Source of the DNA: a virus
Lineage: Duplodnaviria; Heunggongvirae; Uroviricota; Caudoviricetes
Virus record (IMG/VR): IMGVR_UViG_3300042894_007411
Reading direction: 5' to 3' (one strand)
DNA: 20,193 nucleotides
Shown piece by piece: positions 1 through 5,982 of the stretch (position 1 is the first letter of the stretch; each line of letters opens with the position of its first letter). A model generated the notes under the pieces. That model was not told the origin of the DNA, did not search any database, and saw only the letters and a list, made by a program, of their open reading frames with translations. A program made the position numbers and the translations under genes.

Positions 1-288
1 AAAAACTTCATAACCTCCATCTATAGCTATTATTTCTTTACATTTTTTTGCTGCCAAGTGAGTAAAGAAACCAACATTTGCCCCCAAATCAACCACCACA
101 TCTTCTGGATTAAGTTTGCAATCCCACATTTCATAAATGCAATTAGTTTCAGAGAATTCCCAGCCATAAATTTCCTTGAAGAGAAATTCATAACCAAAAA
201 AAGAATTGGAACTTAAAACAAAATCAAGATTTTGATTCCAATAATGGTTATTCTTGTCTGAAAAAAGTTTCCAATTTTTTCCTGTCAT
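1..288 (-). CDS. FkbM-family SAM-dependent methyltransferase (partial, runs off the left edge; not in the ORF track)
   Basis: My translation from ATG at 288: MTGKNWKLF...EIYGWEFSETNCIYEMWDCKLNPEDVVVDLGANVGFFTHLAAKKCKEIIAIDGG. VVDLGANVG is the FkbM-type SAM-binding motif I. Confidence 0.8.
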   Translation of the reverse strand, partial: MTGKNWKLFSDKNNHYWNQNLDFVLSSNSFFGYEFLFKEIYGWEFSETNCIYEMWDCKLNPEDVVVDLGANVGFFTHLAAKKCKEIIAIDGGYEVF

Positions 289-303
289 TTTATTTATATT
301 CAT

Positions 304-729
304 TTATTTTTGGCTATCACCTTTCGAAACCCGATAAGAATCTGACTCAATGTGGTGAGTTGAAACTTCAAAGATTATACCCTCTGTTATTGCTTCCAGT
401 TGATGTGGTGTTCCTGGCTTTTGTCTCACACAGTCACCTTTTTTTAAGGTTGTCTCAACTACATCTGCATTCCTGGTGTCGATGAATCTATAAATGAAAG
501 TTCCTTCCTGAACATACCACGTTTCATCCTTAATCAAATGGTAGTGCATAGAAAATTTGGCTCCGGCTTTGAAGCAAAGAAGTTTCCCACAATACAATTC
601 GTTGTTTTCGAAAACAATCTCTTGCCCCCACCCTTTTGGTATATTACAACTGGGGCATTCCAAAGCATTGTAAATATGTGAAAGGTTGATTTCAATCATT
701 TCAATTGGAGGATTTGGCAAATAGGACAT
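304..729 (-). CDS. Cupin-domain protein (sugar isomerase-like)
   Basis: GWGQE...FSMHYHLIKDETWYV (cupin motif 1, HxH...E) and PGTPHQL (motif 2). Confidence 0.75.
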   Translation of the reverse strand: MSYLPNPPIEMIEINLSHIYNALECPSCNIPKGWGQEIVFENNELYCGKLLCFKAGAKFSMHYHLIKDETWYVQEGTFIYRFIDTRNADVVETTLKKGDCVRQKPGTPHQLEAITEGIIFEVSTHHIESDSYRVSKGDSQK

Positions 730-737
730 TTTAATTC

Positions 738-745
738 GATATATA
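738..745 (+). promoter_or_regulatory. NATATATA putative phage late-type promoter motif
   Basis: GATATATA in the divergent intergenic region 730-809; the same motif recurs upstream of several genes. Confidence 0.4.
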
Positions 746-784
746 ATTTTATGGAATTTGAATAAAAGTTTTCGAATTTTGGTT

Positions 785-792
785 TATATTTG
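785..792 (+). promoter_or_regulatory. Bacteroidota-type primary sigma -7 element (TAnnTTTG)
   Basis: TATATTTG 17 nt upstream of ATG 810; no clear -33 element seen. Confidence 0.55.
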
Positions 793-809
793 TAAATAAT
801 TAATTAATA

Positions 810-1016
810 ATGGAAATTGATAAAATAATCAATTCGATCAAAAATCACCTGCTGAGCATCGAGCTTTCATCTGATGGGGAAGATAAAAAAAATCATTTGA
901 TTGTAATTAAGCAGGAAGTTGAAAACTTATCTGTGGAATATCAAAAATTAAAAGAAACACACGATACAATCATTTCTCAGTTGAAACAGGAAATTTCTAG
1001 ATTGAATAGGCTTTGA
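810..1016 (+). CDS. Small coiled-coil hypothetical protein
   Basis: 68-aa ATG ORF with heptad-like pattern, A-rich start context and an upstream promoter box. Confidence 0.6.
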   Translation: MEIDKIINSIKNHLLSIELSSDGEDKKNHLIVIKQEVENLSVEYQKLKETHDTIISQLKQEISRLNRL

Positions 1017-1038
1017 TTTCAATTATTTAAAATTTTTG

Positions 1039-1123
1039 CGGAGAGGGAGGGATTCGAACCCCCGGATCCTTGCGGATCGGCTGTTTTCAAGACAGCTCTC
1101 GTAAACCACTTGAGTACCTCTCC
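1039..1123 (-). tRNA. trnS: tRNA-Ser (anticodon UGA), long variable arm, CCA not encoded
   Basis: Reverse complement folds as a cloverleaf: acceptor GGAGAGG/CCTCTCC, anticodon arm GCTGT-CTTGAAA-ACAGC, variable arm GATCC-GCAA-GGATC, T arm GGGGG-TTCGAAT-CCCTC, discriminator G followed by CAA. Confidence 0.95.
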
Positions 1124-1131
1124 AATTTTTA

Positions 1132-2064
1132 TCAAACGAAAAATTCTAACAAACCTCTTTGGTTGTATTTGACCTTATTTTCTTCATTCAAAACAAATTT
1201 TTTTGTAAGGATAAATTCTTTATCTTGTATTTTAACTTCTGTTAATTCTTCAGAAGGATAATACCAATACGTTCCAGGGTATAGATCAAAACTTTTACCA
1301 TTCACTTCACACTGTAAACCATAATCTTTATTGTTCATAATATACAAATAATAGCCTTGATCAGAAGGAATAGTTTCACAGATTATTTCAATCCCGGAAA
1401 TTCTATTAATATAACTGTTTTCGAAACCTTGAATAGAATTAAATCCATCACACGATTTTATCAAAAATAATTCCTCTTCTGGATAAAAAAAATTATAAAA
1501 ATCATCTTCTAAATATCCACTTAAATTTTTGATGTCTGGACTTTCTTTAGTAATTGGAAATCTAAAATTCCTAACGAAAAAATCAATATTTCCACCAAAC
1601 AATAAAGTATGATAGCCATAACTTGATTCAGTTGGATATTTGTGAAAAATCAATTTTTTATTTTCTTTCAACATCTCTGAAAGATGTAAATCAAATGTTT
1701 GTAAATCAATATCACCAATTAGATTGTCACACTCAGTGAAAAAAAAGTTGACAAATCCCAAACGTTGACCTAGTGAAATTCCATTGATCATATTTCTTAA
1801 AATAGCGATAGAGTGACCTGGATTTGAGATAGAAACTCTAAATTGGGAGTTAGCGAACCAAAACCAAGATGTAGATTCTAACATGATGTTTTCCGAATCA
1901 TAAACACAATAATCAACCATTTTTTGAATTTCTTCTGGTATTGGGAGGTGTGAGCACACCATCAATTTGTAATTTGTTTTTTTCAATCTGGTCAAACAAT
2001 CTTTTAAAATATCCAAATGATATTGACTAGAGTGATAAGAATTGACAATAATTATCTTTTCCAT
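1132..2064 (-). CDS. Hypothetical protein, possibly glycosyltransferase-associated
   Basis: 310-aa ORF. The N-terminus (IIIVNSY...[20 protein letters not shown]) looks Rossmann/GT-like and it lies beside the FkbM and cupin genes. Family not firmly assigned. Confidence 0.45.
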   Translation of the reverse strand: MEKIIIVNSYHSSQYHLDILKDCLTRLKKTNYKLMVCSHLPIPEEIQKMVDYCVYDSENIMLESTSWFWFANSQFRVSISNPGHSIAILRNMINGISLGQRLGFVNFFFTECDNLIGDIDLQTFDLHLSEMLKENKKLIFHKYPTESSYGYHTLLFGGNIDFFVRNFRFPITKESPDIKNLSGYLEDDFYNFFYPEEELFLIKSCDGFNSIQGFENSYINRISGIEIICETIPSDQGYYLYIMNNKDYGLQCEVNGKSFDLYPGTYWYYPSEELTEVKIQDKEFILTKKFVLNEENKVKYNQRGLLEFFV

Positions 2065-2066
2065 AA

Positions 2067-2082
2067 AAAGGCGTAGTTCTGC
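2067..2082. repeat. Left arm of a perfect 16-bp inverted repeat (AAAGGCGTAGTTCTGC)
   Basis: Exact reverse complement of 2501..2516. Confidence 0.95.
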
Positions 2083-2086
2083 GATT

Positions 2087-2479
2087 TTATCCCTCTGTCT
2101 GGGAATTTTTTTTGTTTGAAATATCGTTGAACCTCATTTGGCTCAACTCGTAATTTGCGTTGACCTGAGCCCAGAGTTTATCACATCTGGAATCCAATTG
2201 TTTCTGTAATGATTCAAATAGTTCTTTTTCAGCTCTTATTCTCGAGTCTTCTCGTTTGCCGATTTCATCTGTAACTTCATCGATTCTACTGTGGATGTAA
2301 GAATCATCAGAATGTAGGTTTCCCCTTGTAATTTCAATCTCTTTCCAAACCGATTCAATGCGGTCAGAGATTTTGTTTGTGATTTTTCGGTCTAAATCCG
2401 AATTCATCTTAAACACGCCCACCACAGTGACCAAGACCACCACGGTAAGCGCACCTAAAAGAAAATAAAGTGTTTCCAT
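2087..2479 (-). CDS. N-terminally membrane-anchored coiled-coil protein
   Basis: Hydrophobic LYFLLGALTVVVLVTVVGVF followed by a charged helical region. Confidence 0.7.
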   Translation of the reverse strand: METLYFLLGALTVVVLVTVVGVFKMNSDLDRKITNKISDRIESVWKEIEITRGNLHSDDSYIHSRIDEVTDEIGKREDSRIRAEKELFESLQKQLDSRCDKLWAQVNANYELSQMRFNDISNKKNSQTEG

Positions 2480-2500
2480 AATTTTTAAATTTTTTTTGAA

Positions 2501-2516
2501 GCAGAACTACGCCTTT
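2501..2516. repeat. Right arm of a perfect 16-bp inverted repeat (GCAGAACTACGCCTTT)
   Basis: Exact reverse complement of 2067..2082. Confidence 0.95.
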
Positions 2517-2549
2517 GGGATTTGTATATGAAATTCCACAAAAGTTTCC

Positions 2550-2580
2550 AAAAAAAAAAGTTTGTCCGAAGACAAACTTT
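2550..2580 (-). terminator. Rho-independent terminator after tmRNA
   Basis: Minus strand AAAGTTTGTC-TTCG-GACAAACTTT: 10-bp stem with a C(UUCG)G tetraloop followed by a U-run, directly 3' of the tmRNA. Confidence 0.85.
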
Positions 2581-2584
2581 GTTG

Positions 2585-3021
2585 TGGAGCTGGGCGGATT
2601 CGAACCGCCGTCCTGTTAGGTAGATCTTGGAAACTCATTCACAGGCTTAGTCTATTTTTATAAACAGACAAATCTTTACCTCCTAGTTTTTGACTGTGAT
2701 AGGAGATAATCCACAGCGTCTTCCCTTACAGCGATCTGAAGGGTATTGGGCCGGAGCCCGCAGGGTTACTGAGGGTCGACGAATTTTGTGGTACTATTAA
2801 CCCTTTTTCCCACAATTGTGACTTTCTGTTCCTGGGCGTCACCTCCCGGTGTTTAGGCTGCCAAGGCAACTTCAACCGACTCCACTGAACCTAGTCCAGC
2901 AAGAGCAAAAAATGGATTTTCGCCATTTGAAAAGTACTTAGGATATTTAGGTGCTTCCAAAGCTAGCACCGCCTGCATCATGTCAAAGAACTTGTTCCTC
3001 CAGTCGATTCCTGTCAGCCCC
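2585..3021 (-). ncRNA. ssrA: tmRNA (SsrA), about 437 nt; tag (A)GENPFFALAGLGSVESVEVALAA
   Basis: 5' GGGGCTGACAGGAATCGAC pairs with 3' CAGCTCC-A (G3:U alanine identity). T arm GGCGG-TTCGAAT-CCGCC. Internal reading frame 2924..2853 ends ALAA-TAA. Confidence 0.95.
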
Positions 3022-3032
3022 GAAGTTGTGTT

Positions 3033-3040
3033 TATATATG
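3033..3040 (-). promoter_or_regulatory. NATATATA putative promoter upstream of tmRNA
   Basis: CATATATA 11 nt upstream of the mature tmRNA 5' end. Confidence 0.45.
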
Positions 3041-3056
3041 TACGAAAAAAAAAGTT

Positions 3057-3449
3057 TCATAATTTGACCTCAAATCTTTTCGCCATAGCATCTAACTTGT
3101 CAGAAGGAACTCCGTGAACATTTTCACCCATGTGTCGGTTTTCTACGATCGCGGTGGAAACCAGATAACCGAATTTTTCGGCCATTTGAAAATAAGGTTC
3201 CATTTCCCATTCCTGTGTAAATGTATTTGATACGATAATTAAAGGGTGGTCCAAAAACATCCAATCTTTAACCATTGTTTGGCACCACTCGTGAGCCTGC
3301 TTTAATTTGTCACCTTGGAATTTATATTCTCCATCTACCATGAAAAATTGGTCAGCTTCAACGTGAAAAACCCCATAACCTCCTAACCTTTTGGCCAAAG
3401 TTGATTTACCAGATCCGGGCAAACCCCGGAGTAAAAGAAGTGTATTCAT
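3057..3449 (-). CDS. P-loop kinase (AAA_33 / polynucleotide-kinase-like domain)
   Basis: Walker A GLPGSGKS near the N-terminus, then EADQFF, VSNTFT and NVHGVP as in small phage AAA_33 kinases; no phosphatase domain. Confidence 0.8.
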   Translation of the reverse strand: MNTLLLLRGLPGSGKSTLAKRLGGYGVFHVEADQFFMVDGEYKFQGDKLKQAHEWCQTMVKDWMFLDHPLIIVSNTFTQEWEMEPYFQMAEKFGYLVSTAIVENRHMGENVHGVPSDKLDAMAKRFEVKL

Positions 3450-3462
3450 GATTTAAATTTGT

Positions 3463-4137
3463 TTAATTGGTTTTCTTTGTGATTACCCCATCGATGATTC
3501 CATAGGCCTTGGCTTCCTCGGCATCGAGCCAAAAATCACGGGTTGCGTCCTCCTGAACCTTTGCCGGATCCTTACCACAAAAATCACCAAGTAGTTCAAA
3601 TAGGATTTTATTCACCTTTTCCCATTCTTGAAAGTCAATTTTTGCGTCCTGGATGTTTCCTTCGAAGCCTCCAGAAGATTGGTGCAACATCACCTTAGAG
3701 AAGCGAAGAGAAAATCTTTTTCCCTTGGTCCCAGCACCTAATAGCACAGATCCCATAGAAGCTGCCATGCCCGTGTTGATTGTGGAGATGTCAGATTTAA
3801 TGTACTGCATGACATCCACCATTGAAAGTCCAGATTTAACCGATCCCCCTGGTGAATCGATGTGCATTGTGATGTCCCTTTCATCAACGGAATCTAAAAA
3901 CATCAGCTGTGCCTGAACTACTGTCGACATGGAATCACGGACCGGACCTGCCACCCATAAAATTCTGTCCATCATGAGTCTTGAAAAAATGTCCAATTGT
4001 GTCACCCGAAGTTCTCTTTCTTCTAGAATGTAGGGGGTTAGTGAGCTTTGAACTTGTTTTTCATAGTAGTCCAAAGTGGAGGAACTAATTCCTTGAGATA
4101 GGGAGAATTTTTGAAATTCCGAAAAAAGTTTTGACAT
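3463..4137 (-). CDS. clpP: ATP-dependent Clp protease proteolytic subunit
   Basis: LTPYILEER, DIFSRLMMDRI, DSPGGSV; catalytic Ser (AASMG), His (MLHQ) and Asp (RDFW). N-terminal extension of the Bacteroidota type. Confidence 0.97.
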   Translation of the reverse strand: MSKLFSEFQKFSLSQGISSSTLDYYEKQVQSSLTPYILEERELRVTQLDIFSRLMMDRILWVAGPVRDSMSTVVQAQLMFLDSVDERDITMHIDSPGGSVKSGLSMVDVMQYIKSDISTINTGMAASMGSVLLGAGTKGKRFSLRFSKVMLHQSSGGFEGNIQDAKIDFQEWEKVNKILFELLGDFCGKDPAKVQEDATRDFWLDAEEAKAYGIIDGVITKKTN

Positions 4138-4169
4138 GGTTTTAATTTAAAATGTAAAATTTTCTAACC

Positions 4170-4177
4170 CAAATATA
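4170..4177 (-). promoter_or_regulatory. Bacteroidota-type -7 element upstream of clpP
   Basis: CGTATATTTG on the minus strand, the same 10-mer as at 18010..18019. Confidence 0.6.
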
Positions 4178-4218
4178 CGAACAAGAGAACTTAAAATTCC
4201 CTTACTTGTGATAATTAA

Positions 4219-4326
4219 TTAACCTTTGATGATTCCTTTTAAAAAGGTTTCTTTAGCAATACACTCATCCTCAAATTCGTTCAAAAGCATGAACATGAAA
4301 CCAAACAAAAATATGGCCCAAAACAT
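4219..4326 (-). CDS. Candidate 35-aa small membrane protein (not in the ORF track)
   Basis: MFWAIFLFGFMFMLLNEFEDECIAKETFLKGIIKG; ATG lies 10 nt after the upstream stop and fills the intergenic gap. Confidence 0.4.
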   Translation of the reverse strand: MFWAIFLFGFMFMLLNEFEDECIAKETFLKGIIKG

Positions 4327-4336
4327 GCTATGAAAT

Positions 4337-4648
4337 TTAAATCAAAGAGGTGTTTACTGTTCTATTTGCAACCCCGGCTATTCCTGGAAAAGAAGAAAAA
4401 ACGTTGGTCATATCTTTAATCGTCGTGTCCCAAGGAGAATGGCTTTCGTTAAATCTGACCATAGGATAAAATACTGGTGATTCGTAATTTCCACCCCGGA
4501 TTGGCATTTTGCACCTGACTGGCGGGTGACTAACCGCCTGTAAATAAAAAACTGCAGATCCATCTGGAGTAAATCGAATTTCGGACACCTCAATGTCACT
4601 TCTCTCTTTTCCAGTGAGAAAATTTTTTAACTCGTCTCTGAAGTTCAT
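4337..4648 (-). CDS. Hypothetical protein
   Basis: 103-aa ORF with an ATGA overlap with the thioredoxin stop (translational coupling). Confidence 0.6.
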   Translation of the reverse strand: MNFRDELKNFLTGKERSDIEVSEIRFTPDGSAVFYLQAVSHPPVRCKMPIRGGNYESPVFYPMVRFNESHSPWDTTIKDMTNVFSSFPGIAGVANRTVNTSLI

Positions 4649-4929
4649 AATTCTGAAGTGTGTTTTTGAATGAGATCCTGATAAAAACCTTCGGGTTTCA
4701 AACCTTTAACGTTTTCTAAAACTGAATTTTCTTTCATAAATAAAACCGTAGGCAAAGATCTAATTCCAAATTCCGCTGTTCTTTCCTTATTTTCATCAAC
4801 GTTAATTTTCACAATTTCAACGTTTGGATTTTTTGATTTTAAATTTTCTAAAATTGGATTAAGCATACGGCAGGGTCCACACCATTCGGCATAAAAATCT
4901 AAAATTGTAAGTGGAGTAGGGTTTGACAT
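4645..4929 (-). CDS. trxA: Thioredoxin
   Basis: DFYAEWCGPC active site and GIRSLPT cis-Pro loop. Confidence 0.95.
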   Translation of the reverse strand: MSNPTPLTILDFYAEWCGPCRMLNPILENLKSKNPNVEIVKINVDENKERTAEFGIRSLPTVLFMKENSVLENVKGLKPEGFYQDLIQKHTSEL

Positions 4930-4974
4930 AAAAGTTTTTAAAATATTAGATAAAATAGAAAAAATTGTTTCTTT

Positions 4975-5295
4975 TCAATAAACAATAGTTTGTGTCATAT
5001 CTGGATTTGTTCTGTAAATTACCTCGGGACCAGGTGACATGATAACTGAAAGTTCATCTGACAGTGTTTGCAAACTTTGGATAAAATTTTGAACGTCGTC
5101 TTTTTTGGAAGCGGGAAAATTAAAATGAGTCATAACATCATTAGTCAGGGACTCAATAGAATCATCAAATTGCCCGGCATCATGAAAATCCATGTCCTTT
5201 TCATATTTTGAAACGAAGTCTTTGATTTCGTCCTGTTCTACCTGTGACAAAGAAAGATTCGACACAAAATCATCAAATTCTAGAATTCTTTTCAT
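4975..5295 (-). CDS. Hypothetical acidic protein with an N-terminal MKRILEFDDF motif
   Basis: 106-aa ATG ORF; AATATATA motif 21 nt upstream. Confidence 0.6.
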   Translation of the reverse strand: MKRILEFDDFVSNLSLSQVEQDEIKDFVSKYEKDMDFHDAGQFDDSIESLTNDVMTHFNFPASKKDDVQNFIQSLQTLSDELSVIMSPGPEVIYRTNPDMTQTIVY

Positions 5296-5310
5296 ATGAC
5301 AAATTTTTTT

Positions 5311-5324
5311 GATATATATATATT
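5311..5324. promoter_or_regulatory. Bidirectional (AT)n promoter motif between divergent genes
   Basis: GATATATA (+, 5311..5318) and AATATATA (-, 5317..5324) overlap, 25 and 21 nt from the two divergent ATGs. Confidence 0.5.
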
Positions 5325-5343
5325 ATAACCAAATAAATACAAA

Positions 5344-5790
5344 ATGGAAAAACATGATAAGGATAAAGATTTCTTGATCCAAGATTCGACAGAAGAATTT
5401 GAAACAACTGATTTGGATTCAAATGATGAATTCACCCTTGAAGAGGAGGATTTTGACGAAGAGCCAGCAGAAGATATCGTAATTCAACCCCAAGAAGATA
5501 AAGACGAGGATGAAGATGATGATGATGAGGAAGATGATGACGAAGATCAGAAATCATCTGACACCGAAGATGAAATTTCCATGCAATATTACATGGATGA
5601 TGAACCAGGAAAACCGGAGTTTAAAAAATCTAATAAAGAAGAAGATGATGGGGAAGATGATGAGGATGATGAAGATGAATATATTTCTTTAAGTCACTCA
5701 GGGGAAGAACACAAAACCCCACAGAAATCCTCAAAAGGAACAAAGATACTTTCATTTGAAGATTTTGTAGATGGTCTGGACGAGGATTAA
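5344..5790 (+). CDS. Highly acidic low-complexity protein
   Basis: 67 of 148 residues are D/E by my count; C-terminus KILSFEDFVDGLDED. Confidence 0.75.
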   Translation: MEKHDKDKDFLIQDSTEEFETTDLDSNDEFTLEEEDFDEEPAEDIVIQPQEDKDEDEDDDDEEDDDEDQKSSDTEDEISMQYYMDDEPGKPEFKKSNKEEDDGEDDEDDEDEYISLSHSGEEHKTPQKSSKGTKILSFEDFVDGLDED

Positions 5791-5969
5791 TCCTCTGAAG
5801 TAGTACTTCTTCCAAGATCTCTACGGATCAGTTTTCTGACATAGTGAGAAATAGAAACTGGGGGATCACCTTTAGTTAAAGCTTGTTTCGAGATTTTTTT
5901 CCCAAGTTCTTCTAGATCTTCGCTAGAAAGCAACACTTGGATTTTTTCGGATTTTTCTTCTTTTGCCAT
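5787..5969 (-). CDS. Ribbon-helix-helix (CopG/Arc-like) DNA-binding protein
   Basis: KIQVLLS strand, SEDLEELGKKI helix, then SISHYVRKLIRRDL helix; 60 aa. Confidence 0.6.
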   Translation of the reverse strand: MAKEEKSEKIQVLLSSEDLEELGKKISKQALTKGDPPVSISHYVRKLIRRDLGRSTTSED

Positions 5970-5982
5970 GATTGATTTTTTT

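Noticed and set aside
291-298. Exact T4 late box TATAAATA
   Set aside because: A single copy only 2 nt from the ATG in a very AT-rich spacer; could be chance.
1070-1261. 63-aa plus-strand ORF
   Set aside because: Overlaps the tRNA and the 310-aa gene antisense; no coding support.
4105-4137. Capsid-targeting-like motif in the ClpP N-terminus (KLFSEF)
   Set aside because: It matches the ordinary N-terminal extension of Bacteroidota ClpP, and the gene has the host-type promoter box.
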